Assembly (NCBI GenBank): GCA_949298405.1
Contig: CASFWA010000001.1
Location: 231 to 64,230, forward strand
Source: an uncultured Pseudomonadota bacterium
Lineage (GTDB): Bacteria > Pseudomonadota > Alphaproteobacteria > Rs-D84
Reading direction: 5' to 3'
DNA: 64,000 nt
The notes beneath the pieces were generated by a model. The model was given only the letters and a program-made list of their open reading frames with translations. It was not told where the DNA came from and did no database searches. Shown here in pieces: positions 40,020-48,452 of the stretch. A program made the translations under genes and the position numbers. How positions within the stretch are numbered: the stretch's first letter is position 1; each line of letters begins with the position of its first letter.

Positions 40020-40841
40020 ATGAAAAAAATCGGAATTTCACTAATTTCTTGCTTATTTGCTTTTCCAGCATTTGGCGCAACAGTGGTTGCAAGCATAAAC
40101 GGGAATCCTATTACTGATACGGATATTACTGCACGCACAACACTGATGAACAAACAAGGAAAATCATCCACAGACAATAGACGACAAGCATTGCAAAATA
40201 TTATCGATGATAATGTAAAATTAGCATACGCGTCTAATTTTGGTGCGGTACCAGATGACGATGAAGTCGAAAAAGAACTAAAAAAAATGAATCTGGGTGA
40301 ATTATCCGCTTCTGAAAAAGCAATGGCTTTATCCGCACTAAAATCTGATATTGCATGGCAGATAGTCGTTGCACGAACAATTCTGCCAACCGTTGATGTT
40401 TCAAAAGAAGAAATAAACGCAGAAAAAAATTCATTGGCCAAAGAACACGGGCTGCCTATTGAAATGACTTTGATAAGGTTAGTCGATATTCCCGCAGATG
40501 TTGCAACAAAACTTACAAAACCTAACAGTTGCGATGATGCTATAAAGATGGCAGAAGACCTGGGGGGTGCACCACAAAAATTTACTGCGCTTCAATATGA
40601 ATTATCAGAAGATATTCGTGAAAGAGTAGTAAATTTACCAAATCTAACATGGTCGCCAGTTGTTGACCGTTCTGTTCTGCTGGTATGCAGCACAAAAAAG
40701 ACAGACGAATACGGTAAATTAGATGAAGTAATAAAACAAAATGCATTGTATAAACAGGCTATGTTTATCGCAGACCAGCAACTTAAACAATTACGTCGCA
40801 AAGCGGTAATCGTAATAAATGACGACAGATACAAACTATGA
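40020..40841 (+). CDS. SurA N-terminal-domain periplasmic chaperone-like protein (no PPIase domain)
   Basis: Signal peptide; VASINGNPITDTDITART pattern like the SurA N-domain; location after lptD. Confidence 0.45.
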   Translation: MKKIGISLISCLFAFPAFGATVVASINGNPITDTDITARTTLMNKQGKSSTDNRRQALQNIIDDNVKLAYASNFGAVPDDDEVEKELKKMNLGELSASEKAMALSALKSDIAWQIVVARTILPTVDVSKEEINAEKNSLAKEHGLPIEMTLIRLVDIPADVATKLTKPNSCDDAIKMAEDLGGAPQKFTALQYELSEDIRERVVNLPNLTWSPVVDRSVLLVCSTKKTDEYGKLDEVIKQNALYKQAMFIADQQLKQLRRKAVIVINDDRYKL

Positions 40842-41938
40842 AACCTATACTTTTTAACTTCACAGACAGTGAACTGATAGAATTTTTAGAAAAATTGGGA
40901 CAACCAAAATTTCGTGCAAAACAAATTCGCGAATGGCTATTGCGCGGTGCACCAGATTTTGCCTCTATGAAAAACTTACCAGAAAATTTGCGCAAAGATT
41001 TAGATAACTCTGCACAAACTCTGCCCGTAAAAATAGTAAAAAAACTTGAATCTTCTGACGGGCAAACCACCAAATTCCTATTGGAACTACATGATAATGA
41101 ACAAATCGAATGTGTCCTGATGCGTACAAGTTATGGTAATAGCGTATGCGTAAGTTCCCAGGCTGGTTGCGCAATGGGCTGCAAATTCTGCGCAAGTACT
41201 TTGTTGGGACTTAAACGTAATTTGACCGTAAATGAAATATTCTCTCAAATCCTTGTAGCACAATGGGAATTACGTTCAGATAGATTCTCGGACCGCGCTA
41301 TTAGACCTAATGGCGACGCCAATAACGAAGATGTATCACATATAGTCATTATGGGAACTGGCGAACCCCTACAAAACACAGAAAATGTTATCGGATTCAT
41401 AGAGCGCGCAAATAAAGATATGGGTATAGGATGGCGGAAAATTACCGTTTCTACTTGCGGTATTGTGCCAGGAATTAAAGATTTAACTGCTTGGGGCAGA
41501 CCTATAAATCTTGCAATATCTCTGCATGCGCCAATCGACGAATTACGCAGTCAAATTATGCCGATTAATAATAAATATAAGTTGGCTGAGGTATTAGATG
41601 CCGCTTTTGAATTTTCAAACCTGCACAACCGTCAATTAATGATTGAATATATATTACTTGGGAAAAAGAACTCTGACGGCGAAACAGAGTTATTTAACTG
41701 CACACCAGAATATGCAGAAAAATTGTCTAATTTACTAAAAGACAAAAACTGTATGGTAAACTTAATACCATGGAATGCAGTTGATGAACGTGATTTTGCT
41801 TCCCCTTCTGGGAATGCGGTTCACAGATTTCAAGATATTCTTATTAAAAATGGTATTCATACCAGAATACGACGCGAACGCGGTCAGGATATAGGGAGTG
41901 CTTGTGGTCAATTGCGTCTGAACAACAAAAAGGCATAA
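40838..41938 (+). CDS. rlmN: 23S rRNA/tRNA m2A methyltransferase, radical SAM
   Basis: CxxxCxxC cluster (GCAMGCKFCAS), MGxGEPL and a C-terminal Cys (GSACGQL). Confidence 0.88.
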   Translation: MKPILFNFTDSELIEFLEKLGQPKFRAKQIREWLLRGAPDFASMKNLPENLRKDLDNSAQTLPVKIVKKLESSDGQTTKFLLELHDNEQIECVLMRTSYGNSVCVSSQAGCAMGCKFCASTLLGLKRNLTVNEIFSQILVAQWELRSDRFSDRAIRPNGDANNEDVSHIVIMGTGEPLQNTENVIGFIERANKDMGIGWRKITVSTCGIVPGIKDLTAWGRPINLAISLHAPIDELRSQIMPINNKYKLAEVLDAAFEFSNLHNRQLMIEYILLGKKNSDGETELFNCTPEYAEKLSNLLKDKNCMVNLIPWNAVDERDFASPSGNAVHRFQDILIKNGIHTRIRRERGQDIGSACGQLRLNNKKA

Positions 41939-41940
41939 AT

Positions 41941-42684
41941 ATGAAATTACGTTATATAACCTGCTCTGACCCACGTGAAGATACACCTATTGAAGATATC
42001 TTGCGCCTGTCACAAATTGCACCGAATGTGGAAATCGCTGTGCAAGCGCACCCATCAAAAATGTCTTTTGATATGCCTAGACGTAAATGGTTCGAATCCC
42101 TTTTAAAAGAATCTTTAAGTATGCCAACAGCACCAAATCTTGCTGTGCACTTAAACTTAGACTGGTGCGATAAATTTTGCCAAGGAATATTAGCACCCGA
42201 TTTACTAGACTTATTCTTTTTACTTCGCGAAGATGGCACGCCTGCTATTCATCGTTGGCAAATAAATATTCATGGAAGTAAAACTAAATTATTTAAACCA
42301 GATAATATTGCTAGAATATTAAATAACTATTCTGGTCGTGAATTTATTTTCCAATATGGTGCTTCTGAATACCACAGAATGCAAAGACTTGATAATACAG
42401 GAACAAAATTCTCGGTATTATACGATACATCTGGTGGTGCAGGTAAACTTACAAAAAACTGGCGTGCACCTTTATTTGAAGAACACCCACAAGGTTATGC
42501 AGGCGGTCTGTCACCAGAAAATGTCTCAGGCAACCTTGATAAAATTGCAAAAGTTGCGGGCAACCGAACAGATACATGGATAGACGCAGAAGGAAAATTA
42601 AAAACACCAGGTACAAAAACATTTGATATAAAAATAGCAAAGCAATATATAAACGCCGCATTAAAATGGCAAAAAACAAAATAA
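41941..42684 (+). CDS. Hypothetical TIM-barrel-like protein with weak phosphoribosylanthranilate-isomerase (TrpF)-like signature
   Basis: Motif VLYDTSGGAGKLTKNW resembles the LLDS-GG(T/S)GK-FDW block of PRAI-family proteins; otherwise unassigned. Confidence 0.3.
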   Translation: MKLRYITCSDPREDTPIEDILRLSQIAPNVEIAVQAHPSKMSFDMPRRKWFESLLKESLSMPTAPNLAVHLNLDWCDKFCQGILAPDLLDLFFLLREDGTPAIHRWQINIHGSKTKLFKPDNIARILNNYSGREFIFQYGASEYHRMQRLDNTGTKFSVLYDTSGGAGKLTKNWRAPLFEEHPQGYAGGLSPENVSGNLDKIAKVAGNRTDTWIDAEGKLKTPGTKTFDIKIAKQYINAALKWQKTK

Positions 42685-42709
42685 AACCCGCTTACGCGGG
42701 TTTTATATT
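42685..42709 (+). terminator. Terminator hairpin AAAACCCGC-TTA-CGCGGGTTTT
   Basis: Perfect stem plus T-run after the stop at 42684. Confidence 0.65.
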
Positions 42710-42711
42710 CA

Positions 42712-43359
42712 TTACTTATTTGGAATGATTTTGATTTCTACCCTGCGATTCTGCTGGCGACCTTCGGCTGTCGAATTAGACGCGATTGGATTAGATGAAC
42801 CTAGTCCCATAATCTCAAACCTTGAAGACTTTACGCCCTGCCCTTGCAAGTATGCAGCAACTGCGTTTGCACGCTGCTGTGATAATGTCTGATTATATTC
42901 TGCACTACCTGTACTATCTGTATAACCCAGCACCATTACAGTTGAATTATCATACTTGTTTAATACCTTCGCAACAGAGTTCAATGTCGAATAAAATCCT
43001 GCATTTATATCAGAAGAATCTGTCTTAAATGTAATATTACCTGGCATAATCAAACGAATACTATCACCGTCACGAACAACACTTACACCTGTTGAAGCCA
43101 ATTCCTGACGCAATTCCGCTTCTTGTGCGTCCAAATAATAACCAACACCACCACCAAGTGCAGCACCTGCTAACCCGCCAACCAAAGCACCTGCACCATG
43201 ATTATTTGATACTAATGCGCCTGTCGCGGCACCCGTCGCAGCACCAATTGCAGTTCCCCATACCGCTTTTGATGTTTGTGCTTCACCAGTATAAGGATTT
43301 ACTGTTGCGCATGCGCTTAACATAGAAACTATCATTAAACCTGCTAATAATTTTTTCAT
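42712..43359 (-). CDS. OmpA-family lipoprotein with glycine-zipper N-domain
   Basis: Lipobox MLSAC, Gly-zipper (GAATGAATGALV...GGLAGAALGGGVGYY) and OmpA C-domain (GYTDSTGSAEYNQTLSQQRANAV...NRRVEI). Confidence 0.75.
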   Translation of the reverse strand: MKKLLAGLMIVSMLSACATVNPYTGEAQTSKAVWGTAIGAATGAATGALVSNNHGAGALVGGLAGAALGGGVGYYLDAQEAELRQELASTGVSVVRDGDSIRLIMPGNITFKTDSSDINAGFYSTLNSVAKVLNKYDNSTVMVLGYTDSTGSAEYNQTLSQQRANAVAAYLQGQGVKSSRFEIMGLGSSNPIASNSTAEGRQQNRRVEIKIIPNK

Positions 43360-43437
43360 AAATCTTTCTCCTTTTTCTTAATACCAGTTTATTGTAAACA
43401 TAATATTTATAAATTTCAAAAAAATATTCTAAGAAAA

Positions 43438-43463
43438 AACCGCAGTTTTCTGCGGTTCTAATT
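43438..43463 (-). terminator. Terminator hairpin (AACCGCAG-AAAA-CTGCGGTT + U-run on the minus transcript) downstream of tRNA-Val
   Basis: Stem and T-run read on the minus strand immediately 3' of the tRNA. Confidence 0.6.
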
Positions 43464-43464
43464 C

Positions 43465-43541
43465 TGGTGGATGTTGAGGGACTCAAACCCCCGACCCTCT
43501 CGGTGTAAACGAGATGCTCTAATCAACTGAGCTAAACATCC
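43465..43541 (-). tRNA. tRNA-Val (anticodon TAC)
   Basis: Reverse complement folds as a cloverleaf: acceptor GGATGTT/AACATCC, D-arm TAGCTCAGTTGATTAGAGC, anticodon loop TTTACAC, T-arm GGGGGTTTGAGTCCCTC, 3' CCA encoded. Confidence 0.8.
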
Positions 43542-43589
43542 GAAACAGCGCGCATATAATAAACCATTTTTTTGCGCTTGTCCAGTATT

Positions 43590-43889
43590 TTATTCTGGAA
43601 TCGGCATTCCCGCAGTTGCATCCCCCATAACTTGGTCTATCATATCATCTGCTTTTGCCTTGGCATCACGATATGCAGCAGAAACAACCGCCGCAACCCC
43701 CGCTGCACCACGCGATAAAACATCTTCCCTTATCTTCAAATCAAACAAGTCATATTTACCAGACATATCTATTATGCATGCACCATCTTCGGCAATGCCC
43801 TTTATGTGCATTTGACCAAGTTTATCCTGCGCAGCCGCAACTTTTTCTTGCAATGCACTTGCTTGTGCCATTAATGCTTCCATATCCAT
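43590..43889 (-). CDS. ybaB: Nucleoid-associated protein YbaB/EbfC
   Basis: 99 aa with characteristic M-rich ends and a central helical dimerisation region. Confidence 0.7.
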   Translation of the reverse strand: MDMEALMAQASALQEKVAAAQDKLGQMHIKGIAEDGACIIDMSGKYDLFDLKIREDVLSRGAAGVAAVVSAAYRDAKAKADDMIDQVMGDATAGMPIPE

Positions 43890-43941
43890 ATTTGACTCTC
43901 CCTTGTCAGATTAAATTCCCCGCTTTTACGGGGAATTTTTA

Positions 43942-46110
43942 TTACTTCTTTATTTCTTTACCTGTTTTCTGATCTATACCAACCATTGACATACGTGTTT
44001 TACCACGTTTGTCTGCACCAAGGTATTTAACAAAGACTTTATCGCCTTCTTTAATTTTCGCGTCTTCTATTTTTGCAAGCCTTTCACCTGTAATTTCAGA
44101 AATATGAACCATGGATTCAAAACCGTTTAAGATTTTTACAAACAAACCAAAGTCTTTGATACCAGATACTGTACCTTCATAAATTACACCAACTTCTGGT
44201 TCTGCAACGATGTCTTTGATACGTTTCATCGCTTCTTCTGCTTCTTCCTTGGTTGTTGCCATAATTTTGATATTACCATCATCGTCTAGGTCTATCTGAG
44301 TGTTTGTTTCACGCGTCAAAGCCTGAATTACTGACCCTCCCTTACCTATAACATCACGTACTTTATCTGGGTTGATTTTCATAGAATATGCCTGTGGTGC
44401 AAATTCTGATACGTGTGCACGTGGTGCCTTGATTGCTTTTTCAATCTTACCCAAAATGTGCATACGACCATCTTTTGCCTGTGCCAAAGCCTTTTCCATA
44501 ATTTCGAATGTAATAGATGTGATTTTAATATCCATCTGCAACGCAGTAATACCTTGGTCTGTACCTGTCACTTTAAAGTCCATATCACCTAAGTGATCTT
44601 CGTCTCCCAAGATATCTGTTAAAATTGCATAATCATCACCTTCTTTTATCAACCCCATGGCAATACCTGCAACAGGACGTTTTAATGGTACACCACCGTC
44701 CATCATAGCAAGTGTTGCACCGCATGTTGTCGCCATAGAAGAAGAACCATTAGATTCCAAAATATCGGAAACTACACGGATAACATAGTCGAATTCTTCA
44801 CGACTTGGAACCATTGGATGTAATGCGCGCCATGCCAAGTTACCATGACCAATTTCACGACGGCCTGGGGACTTTAAACCTTTTGCTTCACCAACAGAAT
44901 AACCTGGGAAGTTATAATTCAAAATAAAGTCTTTTTCTTCGGCGCCGTCCAAAGATTCAATAGGCAAAGCATCTTTACCACCACCTAATGTAAGTGATAC
45001 CAAAGCCTGTGTTTCACCACGTGTAAACAATGCAGAACCATGTGCGCGTGGTAAAATACCCAATTCAATTTCAATCGGACGAACTGTCTTGTTATCACGA
45101 CCGTCAATACGTGGTTTTCCAGCTAAAATATTACTACGCATAATATGAGCAGTTAAATTTTCAACAATTTCATCCGCCCATGATTCCAAAGTAGATGTCG
45201 CAGTTGTTGTTTCTGGGAATAATTCAGGAATCTTTGCTTTTGCTTCCGCATGAATATTGCCCAAAGTTTCCAAACGAACCAACTTTTCTTTTATCTGTAA
45301 AGCAGATTCTATTTCACCCGCAAAAGATTCAAATTCTTTCTGCATCGTGACATATTCTGCAGATAATTCTGGTGTTGCCCAACGTTCTTTGCCTGCTTTT
45401 TCTGCCAGTTCGTTAATTGCACCAATTACTGCCTGTTGTGCATCAAAACCGAACTTTACCGCCCCCAAAGTTGTTGCTTCGTCTAATTCACCGATTTCTG
45501 ATTCAACCATCAAAACACCGTCTTTTGTTGCGGCAACAACCAAATCCATTTCGGATTCTTCTGTTTCTTTCTTTGACGGATTCAAAATATATTTACCATC
45601 CATATAACCAACACGCGCTGCACCAATAGGTCCCTGGAAAGGAACGCCAGACAATGCTAATGCCGCAGAAGACGCAATCATAGCCAAAATATCGGGCTGA
45701 TTCTTTTTATCATACGAAAAAACCTGCGCAATAATTTGAACTTTGTTTTTAAAAGTTTCTGGGAACAAAGGACGAATTGGTCTGTCAATCAAACGAGCAA
45801 TCAAAGTTTCACCAGTAGAAGCCTTGCCTTCACGTCTATCACGAGAACCAGGTATGCGACCTGCTGATGCGAACTTTTCTTGATAATCAACAGTCAACGG
45901 GAAGAAATCTTGACCTTCTACTGCCGTTTTTTCTGCACATACAGTCGCCAAAACCATGGTTCCGCCCATAGTTGCAAGAACAGAACCATTTGCCTGCTTT
46001 GCCATGCGTCCTGTTTCCAAACGCAACGTTTCCTCGCCATACTTTATTTCAACCGCAACAGGGTTGTTTAAATGCGCTTTTTCATCTTTATTAAATAAAC
46101 CAAATAACAT
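43942..46110 (-). CDS. pnp: Polyribonucleotide nucleotidyltransferase (PNPase)
   Basis: Two RNase PH domains, KH (GKGGSVIQ) and S1 C-terminus; downstream of rpsO. Confidence 0.93.
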   Translation of the reverse strand: MLFGLFNKDEKAHLNNPVAVEIKYGEETLRLETGRMAKQANGSVLATMGGTMVLATVCAEKTAVEGQDFFPLTVDYQEKFASAGRIPGSRDRREGKASTGETLIARLIDRPIRPLFPETFKNKVQIIAQVFSYDKKNQPDILAMIASSAALALSGVPFQGPIGAARVGYMDGKYILNPSKKETEESEMDLVVAATKDGVLMVESEIGELDEATTLGAVKFGFDAQQAVIGAINELAEKAGKERWATPELSAEYVTMQKEFESFAGEIESALQIKEKLVRLETLGNIHAEAKAKIPELFPETTTATSTLESWADEIVENLTAHIMRSNILAGKPRIDGRDNKTVRPIEIELGILPRAHGSALFTRGETQALVSLTLGGGKDALPIESLDGAEEKDFILNYNFPGYSVGEAKGLKSPGRREIGHGNLAWRALHPMVPSREEFDYVIRVVSDILESNGSSSMATTCGATLAMMDGGVPLKRPVAGIAMGLIKEGDDYAILTDILGDEDHLGDMDFKVTGTDQGITALQMDIKITSITFEIMEKALAQAKDGRMHILGKIEKAIKAPRAHVSEFAPQAYSMKINPDKVRDVIGKGGSVIQALTRETNTQIDLDDDGNIKIMATTKEEAEEAMKRIKDIVAEPEVGVIYEGTVSGIKDFGLFVKILNGFESMVHISEITGERLAKIEDAKIKEGDKVFVKYLGADKRGKTRMSMVGIDQKTGKEIKK

Positions 46111-46244
46111 TTATTTCTCCATTTTATTAGTTCAATAATATGCGAAGAAAAATTATTCGTTTTTGCATTCTGCTAACAAATGCAAGAAAGAACAATTTCC
46201 CCTTCGCAATCTGGATTATAAAGGATATTTAACTGTTTGCAAAT

Positions 46245-46274
46245 AAAAAACCGGCATTTAATTACCGGTTTTTT
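46245..46274 (-). terminator. Hairpin AACCGGTAATTAAATGCCGGTT + U-run on the minus transcript; rpsO terminator/pnp attenuator region
   Basis: Located between the rpsO stop (46276) and the pnp leader; a second small hairpin TGCAT-N11-ATGCA lies in the pnp leader at about 46165-46190. Confidence 0.55.
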
Positions 46275-46275
46275 C

Positions 46276-46548
46276 TTATTTACGTAGACCTAATTTTTTA
46301 ATCAGTTCTTCATATTCTGTTACATTGCGTTTCTTTATATACGCAAGCAATTTTTTACGACGATTTACCATCATCAACAAACCACGTTCTGAATGATGGT
46401 CTTTGTGATTTGCTTTCATGTGTTCCGTCAAATTGCGAATACGTTCTGTCAAAACTGCAACCTGAGAAGCAGCAGAACCACCGTTATCTTTTTCAGTAGT
46501 TTTAAACGCATTAATCAATTCTGTCTTTTTTTCTTTTGTAACGGACAT
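46276..46548 (-). CDS. rpsO: 30S ribosomal protein S15
   Basis: 90 aa, conserved S15 sequence ([29 protein letters not shown]). Confidence 0.93.
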   Translation of the reverse strand: MSVTKEKKTELINAFKTTEKDNGGSAASQVAVLTERIRNLTEHMKANHKDHHSERGLLMMVNRRKKLLAYIKKRNVTEYEELIKKLGLRK

Positions 46549-46567
46549 TATTTTTCCTTTTTTTTAT

Positions 46568-47440
46568 TTAAATTGTTCGTTTTGGACGCAATTCCCCGCC
46601 AGATACTACACCTATTCCAACGAAGTCTTTTTCGTTGTATACGCGACAAAATCCGTCAGATGCGTCTGTTTTGATAAATCCACCATGTTTATAAAAATTA
46701 GTCGATTTATCATCCAAATTTAGAACCGGAATGTCCCCCAGTCCAAAATCAATTGGTTTCAAGATTCCCTTGAAATCTGCACCATTATTAAACAGATTTT
46801 CTAAAAAATCAAGTTTTACCGCATTTTTTATATCAAAACCATTTGTTCCGGTTCTGCGTATCATATCAACCGTCGCAACCGTACCGCATAATTGCGCAAT
46901 ATCACGCGCTAATGCACGAACATACGTTCCACGACCGCAAACTACTTTAAAACACCATGAATCTTCTTTTTTTCCAGTATATTCTAAGGAATATATTTTT
47001 ACTTTCCTTGCAGGTATATCTATCTCTTTGCCACTGCGCGCTAATTCATATGCTCTGCGCCCCCCAATATGTACCGCACTATAAACAGGAGGCACTTGTT
47101 CTATATCTCCCACAAGTTTTGGCAACACAGATTCAACCAATTTTTCATCTGGAATAATATCTGTTCTCTTAACTTCTTTTCCTGTTATATCAAGACTATC
47201 TGTTTCATATCCGAATTTTAATGAAAATAAATACTCTTTTTTCCCATCAGAAAAATCTTCTATAAACGGTATCATCTTAGTCGCAGACCCCAGCGCAATC
47301 GGCAACACACCAGACGCCATTGGGTCAAGCGTGCCTATATGCCCAAAAGTTTTTGCACCAAGCATACGCGCAATGCGCCCCCCTGCAGTGCGACTAAACA
47401 TGCCTGACGGTTTATCTAAGATTATCCACCCAGAAGCCAA
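46568..47440 (-). CDS. truB: tRNA pseudouridine-55 synthase
   Basis: Catalytic motif GHIGTLDPMASGVLPIALG and a PUA-like C-terminus. Confidence 0.9.
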   Translation of the reverse strand: MASGWIILDKPSGMFSRTAGGRIARMLGAKTFGHIGTLDPMASGVLPIALGSATKMIPFIEDFSDGKKEYLFSLKFGYETDSLDITGKEVKRTDIIPDEKLVESVLPKLVGDIEQVPPVYSAVHIGGRRAYELARSGKEIDIPARKVKIYSLEYTGKKEDSWCFKVVCGRGTYVRALARDIAQLCGTVATVDMIRRTGTNGFDIKNAVKLDFLENLFNNGADFKGILKPIDFGLGDIPVLNLDDKSTNFYKHGGFIKTDASDGFCRVYNEKDFVGIGVVSGGELRPKRTI

Positions 47441-47956
47441 TTAACGTTCCTTTATTACATATTTTTTTTCAAATGCTTTTTCTAGGAATTCGTCTAATAA
47501 ACTTTTGCCATTAGTTATCGGAGGATATACTTGCTCTAAATTTTTCTGGTTTATAACGATTAATTCTTCGTTTTCTTTTTTATTTACTGTATATTTTTCA
47601 AAATGATTTCGTCTAACAAAAGGACTTTCTATTTCATAAATATAATCATTATTTACTCTTTTTAACTCTTTTATAGAACGTCCAACCAAAGCCTCTAATC
47701 CCCAAACAGGTTCAGATTTTAATGTCTTATCACATAAATCAAAAGAAAATTTTATCCCCAATTTAAAAGACTGCGGTCTATCATAAAAAATAAAAGAACC
47801 CGATGTTCGCTTGCCAGATATTGTATATATTTTGGTAAAATCAAACTTTTTTAAAAATTCTTTTACTTTTTCTGGGTCATCAAACTCTTTACGAACTATA
47901 TTTAATAAATTTGTTTCAAATACTACAGATGATTTAATATTCATAACCGCCACCAC
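47441..47956 (-). CDS. Hypothetical protein, tandem paralog A (171 aa)
   Basis: ORF with no family signature; shares the block F[KR]LG..F..DC..L.KS...WG...LVGRS with the adjacent gene. Confidence 0.45.
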   Translation of the reverse strand: MVAVMNIKSSVVFETNLLNIVRKEFDDPEKVKEFLKKFDFTKIYTISGKRTSGSFIFYDRPQSFKLGIKFSFDLCDKTLKSEPVWGLEALVGRSIKELKRVNNDYIYEIESPFVRRNHFEKYTVNKKENEELIVINQKNLEQVYPPITNGKSLLDEFLEKAFEKKYVIKER

Positions 47957-48449
47957 GCATTTTATTATTAATTTTTTTTAATTTTTCTGCCATTGCTAAA
48001 TATTTTATAAATTCGTTCTGATTAACCTCTCTTTTGGGCCAAATTTGACGCAATTTATTTATATCAAAAATAGCATCTGCCATTCCCCTATAAAAACGAA
48101 TTTCTTGATAATCTCTGTAAACAACAGGTGAATATTCTGAATCTGTATGCACGTCCATAGGAACATCAGCAAATATTCGCCCCTTTGAATCAGTACGAAC
48201 AGAACGTCCAACCAAAAACTTTGGCCCCCATGTTATATCAGACTTATATAACTCACCGCAATCTTCAACAAATAACCTTGTGCCCAGACGGAATTCTGGC
48301 AGACATTTAAACTTTTGCGGAATACCAGGAGATAAAAAATCAACTTCCTCTAAAAACTGCTTTAAATAACGCGAGTTAAAAAATTCCTCATAAGTTGATA
48401 TGAAGTCCGATTTAAAAACATACAGCGGTTTTATTTTTGGCATAAACAC
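47934..48449 (-). CDS. Hypothetical protein, tandem paralog B (171 aa)
   Basis: Same length and conserved block as paralog A; overlaps it by 23 nt; located between truB and mutS. Confidence 0.45.
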   Translation of the reverse strand: MFMPKIKPLYVFKSDFISTYEEFFNSRYLKQFLEEVDFLSPGIPQKFKCLPEFRLGTRLFVEDCGELYKSDITWGPKFLVGRSVRTDSKGRIFADVPMDVHTDSEYSPVVYRDYQEIRFYRGMADAIFDINKLRQIWPKREVNQNEFIKYLAMAEKLKKINNKMRGGGYEY

Positions 48450-48452
48450 CCC

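Noticed and set aside
43893-43940. Hairpin AATTCCCCG-N7-CGGGGAATT between pnp and ybaB as a terminator
   Set aside because: The stem is good but lacks a clear U-run on the minus-strand transcript. More likely a processing or stability structure than a terminator; kept out of the features list.
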